Below, piece after piece: positions 1 to 13,583 of a DNA stretch of 64,000 nucleotides. Source of the stretch: Chiloscyllium plagiosum (lineage: Eukaryota); assembly GCF_004010195.1 (NCBI RefSeq), contig NC_057749.1:12392591-12456590 (forward strand), read 5' to 3'. The position numbers were made by a program, and so were the translations under genes. How positions within the stretch are numbered: position 1 is the stretch's first letter; the number at the start of each line of letters is the position of its first letter. A model generated the notes under the pieces. The model was not told where the DNA came from, made no database searches, and was given only the letters and a program-made list of their open reading frames with translations.

Positions 1-120
1 GGGAAAGGAAGGTGGGAGATGTGGTGGGGATGAAAGGGAAGAGGGGAGACAGATAGGGTGGGGATGAAAGGGAAGGAGGGAGGAGAGCAGTGGGGGGGGA
101 TGGGAATGTGGAGATGGTGA
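1..120. repeat. Purine (G/A)-rich low-complexity tract
   Basis: ggtggggatgaaagggaag occurs twice; almost no C. Confidence 0.7.
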
Positions 121-554
121 TGTTTTTGGGATATTTAGCTGATCTGGCACCATCAGTGGAGACCGAAACTGTTAAGGTTTTATTACACTGCCATTCAAAC
201 TTTCCTCTGAATGATTCTTTTACCATTACCTTTTCCCAACTCCTGTACACCGTGTACTACCAATGAAGGCAGGCATGCTAAACGCTTTCTTCACCATTCT
301 ATCTGCTGTGACTCCACTTTAAAGGTCTTTTGGTTTGGCAATGCTCCCCAGGGCCCTATTGTTTACTGTACAAATTCTGCCCTGGTTTACCTCACATTTA
401 ACTGAATTAAACTCCATCTGCCATTTCTTAGCCCTGATCAAATCTTTGCCCTTTAATCTTTCTCTTCCTTCACTGTATCCTCGACCATCCTTTTTCTTCT
501 TCTCCCCCTCCCACTCCAAAATGACATTAAACCTGTCACGTTTCTACCTCACTT

Positions 555-680
555 CAGCTCTGAGTCATTTTTGACTCCAACTCTGTTTCTCTCGCCACAG
601 TTGCTGTCAGACCTGCTGAGCTTTTCCAACACTTGCTGTTTTAATCCAGCTTACCAGCATTTGCAAGGATTTTGCTTTAA
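555..680 (+). mobile_element. Degenerate Penelope-derived terminal-repeat fragment
   Basis: tgctgtcagacctgctgagcttttccaacac...ccagcatttgca resembles the better preserved copies at 12885, 18170 and 32419. Confidence 0.55.
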
Positions 681-735
681 TTATACTATCACTGGGTAGT
701 TCTTAGTTCTGCTGACTGCTTTTCTGTTCTGCTGA

Positions 736-1014
<279 letters not shown>

Positions 1015-2117
1015 TGACAGGCCGTTGCCCACAGGCCAACGCCCAGTTTAAATCCAGCAGAAGAGAAAACAAGCTAAATCAAGAAGAATTGATTAGATGA
1101 CAGCAAAATAGTTGGAGGAATAGTTGAAGGTGTAAGGTGTTGAGACATTTGGAGTTGCACAGTCTTGAGATTCTAGGGAAGAATGAGTTATTTCAGGAAA
1201 GGGTAAAGGGAATGAGAAAGACTGAGAGAAGTTTGTCTGAACATGGAAGGCGCTAATAAATTCAATGCCTGAAAGTGTTTCACATCCATTTCAGGAAATA
1301 CCCTTCAATGCCTAAGTGAACAAGGCAGAATTCCACATGTACAATGAAGTACGTGACTAGAGTATCTGATTAGTGCACAAACATGAAAGATGTATTAGAC
1401 AGGGCCACTGTTTAACATCTCATTCATAGGATATAGATTGAAATGTTAAGAGAGACAAGAGAGGAAAATTCGCAGGAAAATTTGCAAAGGAGGGCAAAAG
1501 GTTTTCTCAAGCTCCACTCCCTCAGCAGCTAGTATTTGACTTGGAAGTTTGGGAACTTGTGCCTCTGTGATATTTGTATAGACTTGTGAATATTGTTTAT
1601 CCTGATTGAGTATATGAAATGGATTAAGTTTGTGATATTAGAACTGACTAAGTTTTATTACATTCTGTAACTTGGCAGAGGAAATTTATCTTGTGCAGCT
1701 TCGGTTCGCAATCTCCCTGGATCCAGTTGTCAGACAGGCTATGACTTAGTGGAATAATGATCATAAAGAAATAGCTATTATTTTATAATCAGTTGGTTTC
1801 TAAAGATAGACTTAACTCCTGATTTTAAAAAAATACATCAGTTGATCAGAAGACAGTGGAACGAGATGCATAAAATGAGTTTTTATGTCACGTCTGGAAG
1901 CAGTGTGTGAAAACTAACCAGAAATGGTGTAGTAAAATGCCTTCAATAACTCAGAGCCAACTTTTACACAAAGGGTTTTTGTCAATGAATCCAGACCCTG
2001 TCTGTGTACTAAATAGGAATACTAATAGCCCTGCATGTTGAAAACTAATATATGATATTTTGGACATAATTATTTCCTATCTTGGCTAGTACTTTTCTCA
2101 TCATTAATTACTTTTTA

Positions 2118-2720
2118 CATAGACATACAGGCACAGAAACAGACTCTTGGTTCAGCTCGTCCGTGCTGACCAGATATCCCAATCTGACCTAGTCCCATTT
2201 TCCAGCATTTGGCCTATCTTCCTCTAAACCCTTCCTATTCACATACTCATACCTTTTAAATGTTGTACCTGCTTCTACTACTTCCTCCGGTAGCGCTTTC
2301 CATATATACATTATCCTCTGCATGAAAACGTTAACCTTCAGGTCTGCTTTAAATCCTCCCCCTCTCACTTTAAACCTGTGCTGTCTAGTTTTGGACTCTC
2401 TCTCTCCCCCCCACCACCCTAGGAAAAAATACTTTAGCTATTCACCCTATCCATGCCCCCCATGATTTTAAAAACCTCTACCAGGTCAGTTCAGCCTCTG
2501 CTCCAGGGAAAAAAAGCCCTAGCCTATTCTGCCTCTCCTGACAACTCATCCTCCAATCCTGGCAACAATCATAAATCTTTTTCTCACCCTTCAAGTTTAA
2601 AGACATCCTTCCTATAGAAGAGCGACCAGAATTGTACACTGTATTCTAAAGGTGGCCTCACCAGTGTCCTGTATAGCCACAATGTGACCTCCCAACTCCT
2701 GTATTCAATATTCTAACCAA
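2118..2720 (-). mobile_element. CR1 LINE 3' fragment (degenerate), ADPGK intron 2
   Basis: Reverse complement resembles the RT C-terminus and 3' UTR of the CR1 copy at 15910-16864. Confidence 0.85.
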
Positions 2721-2817
2721 TCATTGAGGTACAGTTCCAGAAGGTGCTGACACTCATTGGAATAGAGTTCCTGAAGCTGCTGGCTCTCCCTGGGGACAGG
2801 TGTTGACTGTAATCTCT

Positions 2818-3001
2818 ATATAGAATCCCCACTGTTTGGAAACAGGCCATTTGGCCCAATGAGTCCACATCGACCCTCTGAGGAGTATTCCACCCAGACC
2901 CATTCCCTTGCCCCTATTACTGTACATTTCTCCTGACTAATGCACCTAAACTAGACATCCCTGAACACTATGGGCAATTTAACATGGCCAATTCACCTAA
3001 A
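2818..3001 (-). mobile_element. HE1/V-type SINE 3' half
   Basis: agaatccccactgtttggaaacaggccatttggccc...ggcaatttaacatggccaattcacctaa matches the SINE at 27258-27541. Confidence 0.8.
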
Positions 3002-3604
3002 TGGCATTGACCTTTAATATCATGAGAACAGAAATGAAACAGTTATTAATTCTGCTGAAGGTAAATAGCTTCAAAACATGTTCAGATTCAAACATCAGTG
3101 ATGGTTTTAGGATGATGTGGTAATTAGCAACTGCTTGTTATAGACTGACTCTCACCATGCATCTGAGCTTTCATGGTGAGTGCTGAGGTGGAGAAATTTG
3201 ACTTGCGAAGACTTGACAAAACATCACAATGAAAATTTGAATTTATCATCACTGTCTTGTCAATGTTAAACATGGCCATTTTCAAAAACTTCCTTTACTT
3301 ATTTTGGACTTCTCTAGGAGGCATTTTACACTTTGTAACAAGTGTTAAAATGCAGAAGAGTAGGAATTAACAGTCAGCGAGTGTGGGAAAAATTTGGGGC
3401 GGTGGTTTGTGTTTGGAGCATTACCAAATATTAGTGTCTTAATTTCACCAGTTATTCTGATTGAGTTTTGGATGCAAAACTCAACATGGCCCAAGGGACA
3501 GATCTGGAAGACATGGTTGGGAAGGTGCAGAGCAATTTGAGCAGATGAATTAAGGTCATTCTTGGCTGTCACTGACATTGTTTCTCTATTTAATTTTTTA
3601 ACAG

Positions 3605-3667
3605 CACTTTGTTGGAGGAAATGCTGCCCTGATCGGTCAGAAGCTGAGCACGAATCTAAACCTCTCG
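3605..3667 (+). CDS. ADPGK: ADPGK coding exon 3 (63 bp)
   Basis: tttttaacAG|CAC...TCG|gttagt. Encodes HFVGGNAALIGQKLSTNLNLS (GGNA motif of ADP-dependent kinases), phase 0/0. Too short for the ORF track. Confidence 0.95.
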
Positions 3668-3834
3668 GTTAGTCTGTTATTCCTATTTGCTGGAGCAGGG
3701 ATAGAACAGTCTCAGAAAGGTTGGAAATAGAATCCTTACTATTTTCAGCTCGGTTATTTTGTCAATTTTGTTCTTGTAGCTTAAATCCATATAGTGCGGA
3801 CTTACGGTTAGTGATCCAGGTGTATTGATCCTGA

Positions 3835-3997
3835 ATGGGATACATTTCTTGAAGGTGCTGACTCTCACTGGGATGCAGTTCCTAAAGGTGCTGACTCTCA
3901 GTGGGATACAGTTCCTAAAGGTGCTGACTCTCAGTGGGATACAGTTCCTAAAGGTGCTGACTCTCACTGGGATACAGTTCCTAAAGGTGCTCACTCA
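3835..3997. repeat. 33-bp minisatellite, ~5 copies (aaggtgctgactctcactgggatacagttccta)
   Basis: Units start at 3852, 3885, 3918, 3951 and 3984. A diverged relative lies at ~2725-2795. Confidence 0.93.
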
Positions 3998-4520
3998 CTC
4001 TTGGACTATTTTAGTATGTTCTGATTTCCCAAAGTATGAATCTTGACCTCTTCGTGCTTGTTGAGGCAGCAGTGATTCCCAATCCTTTGTTCCTTTACGT
4101 TCCATGTGCTGCAGAGGCGAGGAGTTTGAATCTTAAGTGATTTTCAGCTTTCTTATCCCGTTGTGTGAGGCCATTTGTTAACACTGTATGGAATGGTATG
4201 GATTGGTCCTGTATTGTTTTCATCTGAGTTAACTAACAGTGCTGTGCAAAATATCCTTTGATGACATTAATTTGGCTCAGCAGTGATCAACAGCTTTAAC
4301 ACTACTGGTGTCTCTGGATGTACCAGAGATTTAGTTCCTTAAGTGTTTCTCTGAGCACTTTATCCCTGCCTGAAATTTGATGAAGGGCTCACCGTTTCTG
4401 GGAAAATATTGGCATAGGCCTCCGTTAGTGGCTTTGTGTTGTACATGCCCTGAATGTGTTGTGATAGCTGGTGTACTTTATATAGTGCTGTTATTGGGAT
4501 GAATATTATACTTAATTTGA

Positions 4521-4685
<165 letters not shown>

Positions 4686-5429
4686 TAACATCAATTACTT
4701 CCAATGGCATCCTCTTCCTGGGCTTGACTGGTGAATCCACCTGCCAGAATTCCTTATCCAGTGACCCTCGCAAGGAACATGTCCTTATTGAATGAGGCAG
4801 AATTGGGCTAGGCTGTGATGCCTTCTTTCATAATGTTGACGAATGATGTGATATTGAATATAGGTAATTCCTGTTATGGTCACAGTGTCCCAAAGTACTT
4901 TAAGACAATCAAATGTTATCACAGTTGTAATGTAGGTGAGAAAGACTGAAACAATAATGCAGCGGAATAGTAAAGTGGTGGGAGGAGTGGAGGAATTAGT
5001 GTTCACTTTCAATTAAAGATGCTTATAGGGAGATGATTAAAATTTGAGATGGCAATGTTCACTGGTTGAGCAGCTTTATCTTACTATGCCTGACTGAATC
5101 ATTTCTGCCCCAAAATGAGGATTGCTGTGTTTGAGCCCCATTCTCAGGTATTGAGCATATTATCTAAGACAGTACTATACTCCAGCAATATGTTAATCTG
5201 CACCCTGCTTCTTCTAGAGCAAATTTAAAAACTTTTCAGTGCTGTTTGCAGGAGAACGTCTCCACTGTGTATACGTAATGCTCAGCCTTTGTCACATTGT
5301 AAGTCCTGACATCACTCCATGTAACTGTTAGCTCAATTCTCACTCAAAACTCTGCCATACAGCCGCCGGGTGGGCCTACAGTGAGAGCTGAAGTTAAAGC
5401 TCTGTCCTGCTGGATAATATAACATATGA

Positions 5430-5687
<258 letters not shown>

Positions 5688-6519
5688 TAATGACTGTCTC
5701 TCATTGCGTTGAACTCAGGATGGTGATACAGCAGTCTTTAATCACTCCTCTTGGAAAGAATTCCTTAAACATCTGTCATTCAGAACCTTCGAAGCCTTTC
5801 TTTGTTCTGTTTTGAAAGGACCAAGGTAATTTTAGATTGCACAGTGAAGATCAACTCCTATCATGTAAACCATATTATTCTGTTTTCTAATACTTCACAA
5901 ATACCATGAGATTTTTTAAAAAACGTGTTGCAGGTACTGCACAATGTAGATTATTGCTGTTAGACTCTGGACTGTGTTGGGTAATGTCATAAATAATGAT
6001 GTTAAAATATTTTCAGGACCTGGTATGGTCCTGTAATCAACACTTAACTGAGACCTGGAGATGGGATTTAGTACTAAAATAAATAGATGTTTATAATTAA
6101 TGAGATAAGCTAAAGTTATGTGCAAAACAGAGAGAGTTGAAATTGAGGATGTGCATCTGTTAAGCTGCACAGGGTCTAAAACAGCTATTCAAACACATTA
6201 TTTTTCCCATTCTAATCTCTGTTTCCATTAATTCCTTTCACCTGTCTCCAATTTTCCCTTCCTGTTTGGGGTATTGTCCATTTTCTCATTTCACTTTTAC
6301 GCAAGAATGTTTTTTAATCTCTTTGCCCTCTCTTTCTACTTGCAAACCTTTTGATTTTAACATTCATACATTTTTTAACCTAGAGGTTTGGTACTTCTCA
6401 ATGGTTCCTCAGTCATTTCAGAGGACTTCTAAGAGTCAACTGCATTGATCTGACCTTGTAGGTTAGATTAGGTAGGGGTGAGATTTTCTCTTTAAAGATT
6501 ATTAATGAACTATTTGAAC

Positions 6520-6830
6520 TGGGGAGGCAACATCACTAAGTTATTAATCCAGAGGCCCAAATCATGTTCTGGTGATCTGACTTAAAATCCTACAGTAGAA
6601 AATGGTGAAATATGAATACAATAAAAATCTGGAATTAAGAGTCTAAAGTGACCATTGTTAGGAAATCCTTTAGGGAAGGAAATCTACTGTCCTTACCTGG
6701 TCTGGCCTATGCGTGACTCCAGATCCACAGCAATGTGGATGCCTCATAACTGCCCTCTGGGCAATTAGGGTGGACACTTTATGCTGGCCTAGACAACAAT
6801 GCCCATATTTTGTGAATGGATGAAAAAAAA
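6520..6830. mobile_element. Dispersed non-autonomous repeat (LINE 3'-end derived); related copies in the opposite orientation at ~46480-46820 and ~55595-55900
   Basis: Shared motif tccttagggaaggaaatct...ccttacctggtctggcctat...gactccagatccacagcaatgtgg...ctgccctct. Confidence 0.6.
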
Positions 6831-7330
6831 ATTACGAATCTTCCATGGCCAAGAAATTGTCCCAGTCATAAATTCTAGAACTGTTGTCTGTTGTGTCGTA
6901 CATGTTTCCTGTTCCTTCATTGATCTATATTGATCTGATCTGCTCTGCTATCCAGCAATTCCTGCTGGAAATTGGCCTTTGGCATCAGGTGATTTCAGAA
7001 ATGAGCTTGGCTGCAATACCCTGTATGAAAGCTAAGCTGTGAGTAGATGTTGTAAAGCTGATATTCCATGGCACTGCACTCTGAGTTGATGTCATCAAGA
7101 ACATTTAGGCAGGGATATTGACTTTTCCTATACATGAATCATTAATCATTGTAGGAATACTTGTCATTTTCAGACCTGGGATATAGCTTTCATTGCTTCA
7201 TATGGAAGGGTTCATGTTGAGGTTTGTCACAGGTTTGCAAGAAGTTTGTTAAAGAATGTTACTCAACTGCACTCCAATCCTTGTGTTTGATTTTGAACAT
7301 AATGCCTTTTTCAATTCCCCAAAACAACAG

Positions 7331-7429
7331 GTTAGTGTGTTAATCTCAGAGATACCAAATGAGATTTCAGTACACCTGGAGCTGGCCAGCATGACCGACA
7401 AGACGTATATGAATACCATTGTTGATCAG
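7331..7429 (+). CDS. ADPGK: ADPGK coding exon 6 (99 bp)
   Basis: caacAG|GTT...GATCAG|gtaaac. Encodes VSVLISEIPNEISVHLELASMTDKTYMNTIVDQ (HLELAS motif). Confidence 0.95.
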
Positions 7430-7644
7430 GTAAACATTATTTTAGGTGGTGGTGGGATTGGGATTCTGTACATAAGAATGTGGATGTAACTGATCAGGTC
7501 ATAAGGCTCTTGGACTTGCCTTCTGGTGTCTGCTGAGTTGCCTGATCTCAGTCAGTTCTTCAGTTGCTAAAATAAAGGTGATCTTGATTTCTGTGGGCTC
7601 AGTCAGCTCAGGTACTTGCTGCTCTTTGCTGTCCAGTCAAACAT

Positions 7645-8010
7645 CAAAAGGTAGAAAATTGGAGCAAAGGGAGACTGTTCAACCCATTAAGTTTGCTTTG
7701 CCATTCAGTATGATCCTCCATCTCCATGCCATGGTCTCTCCCCTTACCACTTGACACCTTTAGTGTCTGGAAGTCTAACTACTAGTTAAATATATTTGGT
7801 GACTTTGCCCCCACTATCTTCAGTGATCGAGAATTCACAGATTTATCACCATCTGAGTGAAGGAATTTTGCCTCATCTCAGTCAAAATGCCCCACTGCAT
7901 ATCTTGAGACGGCACTCCCTTGTTGTGAACCCTTGGCCAGTGGAGACATCAACTCTGCATCATTTTGTCCAGCCCTATCAGAATTTTGTGTTTTGATTAG
8001 ATCCCTTTTC
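7645..8010 (-). mobile_element. Old CR1-type LINE 3' fragment
   Basis: agaattcacagattt...tctgagtgaaggaattttgcctcatctcagtc is the reverse complement of the FFTQRVV.LWN region. Confidence 0.6.
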
Positions 8011-8199
8011 TTCAAGGAGGCCACTCAGTCCATCGTGTCTGCACTAGTTCTCTGGGCTAAGTTGACTAAGATGCTTGCTGCTCTTTACTGTGCAGCTACC
8101 CTGGTGGAGAGTGCAGTCTTATTAGGATGGACATGTACACATGCATGAATGCACACACCTTCTGCCAATGAAGAGTGTATGTTAGGAATGTGTTAGTTT

Positions 8200-8930
8200 A
8201 TCTCCATCTCCCTTTTCACTCACAAATCTTAACTATGAACCTCTCTGATCAGGTTTGTACCCCAGACTCAGCACTGAAACATCCTTCGTTGAAGTCACAA
8301 ATTACTATGATGTACTATTCCTCCTCCACATTCTCCACAGCCTGTCTGCTGAAATTGATGTGGTCGCCACTTGTCTCCGATGCCTCTCCATTGTCTTTCC
8401 TTCTTTATAAATATCATTCTGACGTCCTATATTGCTATAACTAGAGCATTTCTATTATTGGCCTGTCTTTCTGCTACTGTGATGTTATCTCTTGTGTCCC
8501 TAAAAAGCGCAACCTTGACCATTTCCTATTGCTTCTTTACATGCTGTCAACTAAATCAACCTTGGCTTTGGTGTCAGGTTCCATGTACGCAATGACTGCA
8601 TGAACTTTATCTCACTGCACCTTTCCTTATCCTTTCACTGTCTGTAGTCAGACTGCTTGTCCAACACCAGTCCTACAGAAGTTACTATTCCAGTTAAGCC
8701 TTAGGAAGACTGAAGCCATTATCTTCAATCTACTCCAATAATTCCATCCCCATCTTTGGACGCTTTATCAGGCTGAAGCAATTTATGGACAATTTTGATG
8801 AATGGTTTGAACCTGATCGCAGTTTCCTAATCTCATCCCCTCCATTGCAAGTACTGCACTGTGGCACTATCCATCTCTGCTCCTCCCTTCAGCTGCTGTC
8901 CACGCCCACATCTTAACTTGATTTTTCAAT
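8200..8930 (+). mobile_element. Highly degenerate L2-like LINE fragments
   Basis: C/T-rich + strand with remnants such as aagactgaagccatt (KTE motif); similar to ~50700-51010. Confidence 0.45.
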
Positions 8931-9005
8931 TTCAGAATTACCTCTTGTGTATGTTGGGCATACTGTTGGTTCATTACTCTGCTGATCAGTTTTTATTCTT
9001 CTTAG

Positions 9006-9572
<567 letters not shown>

Positions 9573-12400
9573 ACCTTCCTGTACAAAAATACCGAACAAA
9601 ACTCTGTATTTAAGGCAAATACTCTGTGTCTATTGTGTAGGAATTGGGGTGGTGGTGGTCAAATAAACTCCAGCAGGAGCAGGAAACAGCTGAGGCTTTT
9701 GCTCCGTTTAGACCAAAGCCTGATGTATAAAAGTTGACCAGGACTTGATCCAGAAACGCACTCTTCTTTTTGCTATTTCCATTTGCTAATACCCCTTACT
9801 CTTTATTGTATTTGTTACAGTTTTAATTTTTTTCCATCAGGAAATGACTGCAAGTTCTAATTTCTTTCTGTTGTGTTAAAGTGAACTTTGGAAATCTGGG
9901 TGGAGAGTGCTTGTCTTGTCTTGTTTGAGAAACCGTGATTTTGTGACTGGCATATTTTCAGTGTTGTGGGTTGTATGATGCCAATGTTAGATTCTGATTC
10001 TTCATCTTGGGAACCTGAATTCTGATCGAGCCCCGTTTGTTTGGGTGAAAATCTTCACCATCTGATCACTGTGAAGATCTTCAGTTGGTGGTTTTAATTC
10101 AATGGGTTTAAGTTTACAACATTGTGCTTCCCCTAATTTGACACGAATGATAGAAACCAAATGATAATCAGTATGAGAGGTGGAACGCTAACTTGAGTAA
10201 CGCAGTGGGGTGCTTTGCTGAGTTAAGGGTTGGGGCATCTTATTGGGAAATTGCAGAGAAATCTTTACTACTGTGGTTGGCTCTTGAAGTGCTTTATTCT
10301 GCAGTCCCAGAGCAGATTGAATAAGCCTGTAGAGTGTACACTGTTTGAGAACCTAAAGGAAACGTTCATCTCCAGGGGAGGGGCAGCTCATGGTAGCTCC
10401 TTATACTCCTGTAAATGAGAAAGCTAATGCAAAAAAAAGTAGATTTTTAAAGAAAATATTTATTTGCAAAATTCATTTAAACTATTAGTTTAGTGTGACA
10501 ATTTTTGGAGTGGAAAAACAATACCTGTACTTGCTTTGTTTCCAGTTTAGGTGCATGATAAAATACAAGAAAAATTCGTTGGAACTGTTTTCACTTCATT
10601 AGCTGTGACTGACAGATATCAATCAGTACTTCCTCTGTGTTATACAGCTCCAAATGTGTCTCCATAGATTTGGCAGACCATGATGTAGAATTGTGCAGGA
10701 GTTTAAATAGTCATATTCTGTTACATTTTACTGATCTCTGCTGACAGTAATTCAGCTGATTTTTGTTCAAATTATTGTTATACTGAATGGTTTCAGCTTT
10801 GTCTTCTATATGGCATTAGGTGAGGTTAATAACTTGTATTTTTGTGCTTAATTAAATTGCTACTAGCTAATAACATTGATTCAGGGAAAAAAATCTCCTC
10901 CATGGGATCCCTGAATTTCTATTTATTTCGGGAGGATTTGGTGAAATAAAGAGCGGATGAAGGGGGAAAATTGCTAAATTTTCCCTGTTTTTAGGAAGTG
11001 CTTGAACTGATTTTGATCATGATTCTGATTTTTAGCTATGCCTAACGTGGCTGAAGACAAAACGTAGTTCTACCAAGTAACAATGTAAGTATAAAAGTCC
11101 CAGTTCCCACGGAGATGCTGTCTTATGTGATGCTGAATCAGCTGACCGGGAAGTTGCAAAGTTTGATTGACAGTCTATGCTGTGTCGGCTAATTTTCACG
11201 TTGGGGCAGCTATACTGTTCTGTAGTTCATTCTGAACCAGAATGGAAAAAGCTGAGGTTCCTGATATCCCTGGTGCAGACTCAGATTTTTGCTTAAGAGG
11301 CTGAATCAGACTCTGCTGTTATGTTCCACATAGAATAGCCTCCTAACCACCATGCAAAGTTGCATGTGAGGCTTTGGCGTTGGTGCTTGTATAATAGGAT
11401 TTGATGTCTGGTATTTAAAATTCCTGTAATTCAGCTGGAGAATATATACACCTGATCCATAGAGGGAAATTAAAAATAAATAAGAACCTGAAAATCAGAT
11501 TGTCTTCCTCCCACCATTCACTCCAAATTAGATTATCCCTTTGAGAACAGTATTTGAATCAGAAGCAAATGGCAGAATTAGTGGTGTGTACAGCTAACCT
11601 CCCCCTCTCTGAGAGCTTTTGGGAATATTGCTGAGTCAACAACACGCTGGGGCTTAAACTGCTTTCTCTTTTATTCCTTGATGGATTCTTGTAGGAAATC
11701 AATTCCACTTCTATTGGAAATATTGATTTGGGTATTTAATATTTGCTTTCTCAAGCAATGAGTTACATTCTTTATTCTCCCTGTCTGCTAATTCCTTTTA
11801 AAAAGCTCCTGGATTGTGGTTGTGCTGTTACATTTTTCAGAGGGAAGACCATTGTTGCAGGAAGAGGTGGTGGCAAATGTTCTGTTGGTGGTTCATTCAA
11901 CCGTTGCTTTTCACAGCCCTTAGTGTCAGAGGCATGTCTATACTGTCTCCTTGCCCCCTCTTGTGACACTGCTGAGAACAACATAAGTTTGTCCACTGTG
12001 GCAAGGATTTGACCATGTGGCTATTAGAGCTTCAGTTCATTTGCAAGGACCAATTTTTTTAGTTTTCTCCATAATATATACTTGTTAGCATGAACATATG
12101 GTTTAAATTGCGATCGATTTTGCAGAATGACGTTTGACAGTTTTGGTTGACTCTTGCTATTTTTTTAACACTGGTTGCTGTATGTTATCTTTCACATCCG
12201 TATAAAGAAGTCTGGTGGTAACTCGTGGGAATGCTGAATTCATGTCTTCTATCTCTTGATCAAAGTGCTGTTGTCAAACATTACTTGAAAATTGAGGTTT
12301 TTTCTGTAACATATGTGGTTTAAGGCACTGTATCAATCTAGTAAATATATAACTTTTTTTAAAGCAAGATTTTGCAATAAATTGTTTTTTTTCTAACAAT
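9573..12400 (+). other. ADPGK: Probable long 3' UTR of ADPGK with a distal AATAAA at 12376-12381
   Basis: T-rich and nearly free of recognisable young transposons for ~2.8 kb. AATAAA at 12376 is followed by T/GT-rich sequence, and the first LINE insertion starts just after (~12590). Earlier AATAAA hexamers exist (~10946, ~11475), so the 3' end is uncertain. Confidence 0.5.
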
Positions 12401-12589
12401 GTAGCAGTGAAAGATGTTTTCTATTTGAGGAAATGATTGCAAATATGTTTTGGATGTGTGCAATACTGCATTGATTCATTCAGAGTATACCTGTTTGTCT
12501 ATTATATTCTGCACTAAGGCCAGGTCTGAAACACCAATCTCATGGGGACCTTCTGTGAGGGAGGAATATCTGTAATTCATGTTGCCTTC

Positions 12590-13583
12590 CTCATGGCAGG
12601 CAGTGACCAGTGGGGTACCGCAGGGATCAATACTGGGACCGCAGCTTTTTACAATATATGTTAATGATATAGAAGATGGTATTAGCAATAACATTAGCAA
12701 ATTTGCTGATGATACTAAGCTGGGTGGCAGGGTGAAATGTGATGAGGATGTTAGGAGATTACAGAGTGACCTGGACAAGTTAGGTGAGTTGTCAGATGCA
12801 TGGCAGATGCAGTTTAATGTGGATAAATGTATGATTATCCACTTTGGTGGCAAGAACAGGAAGGCAGATTACTACCTAAATGGATTCTGGATTAGTGGTG
12901 CTGGAAGAGCACAGGAGTTCAGGCAGCATCCGAGGAGCAGTAAAATCGATGTTTCGGGCAAAAGCCCTTCATATTCCTGATGAAGGGCTTTTGCACGAAA
13001 CATCGATTTTACTGCTTCTCAGATGCTGCCTGAACTGCTGTGCTCTTCCAGCACCACTAATCCAGAATCTAGTTTCCTGCATCTGCAGTCATTGTTTTTA
13101 CCTGCTACCTAAATGGAATCAATTTAGGTAAAGGGGCAGTACAGAGAGATCTGGGTGTTCTTGTACACCAGTCAATGAAGGTAAGCATGCAGGCACAGCA
13201 GGTAGTGAAGAAGGCTAATAGCACGCTGGCCTTCATAACAAGAGGGATTGAGTATAGAATGTTTCCGCTGATGGGTGAGTGCCGAACCAGAGGACACAGC
13301 TTAAAAAAAACGGGGTAGACCATTTAGTACATAGATGAGAAACTTCTTCACCCAGAGAGTGGTGGCTGTGTGGAGTGCTCTTCCCCAGAGGGCAGTGGAG
13401 GCCCAGTCTCTGGATTCATTTAAGAAAGAGTTGGATAGAGCTGTCAAGGATAGTGGAATCAAGGGTTATGGAGATAAGGCAGGAACAGCATACTAATTAA
13501 GGATGATCAGCCATGATCATATTGAATGGTGGTGCAGGCTCAAAGGGCAGAATGGCCTAATCCTGCACCTATTGTCTATTGTC
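12590..13583 (+). mobile_element. CR1 LINE 3' fragment (RT), internally deleted at ~13260 and interrupted by a fold-back insertion
   Basis: [20 protein letters not shown]...[11 protein letters not shown]...[10 protein letters not shown]; ends in a ctattgtctattgtc microsatellite tail. Confidence 0.92.
12885..13104 (+). mobile_element. Penelope-derived fold-back mini-element with hammerhead-ribozyme motif, 13-bp TSD
   Basis: ctacctaaatgga duplicated at 12872-12884 and 13105-13117. Inverted arms ~12884-12972 and 12980-13068. CTGATGA at 12977-12983 is followed by AGGGC-TTTT-GCAC-GAAAC. Confidence 0.85.

Noticed and set aside
3683..4046. Repetitive ORFs (STFRNCIPLRV)n and (FLKVLTLSGIQ)n; CRISPR-like periodicity
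   Set aside because: Translation of a 33-bp minisatellite inside an ADPGK intron; no unique spacers, and the context is eukaryotic.
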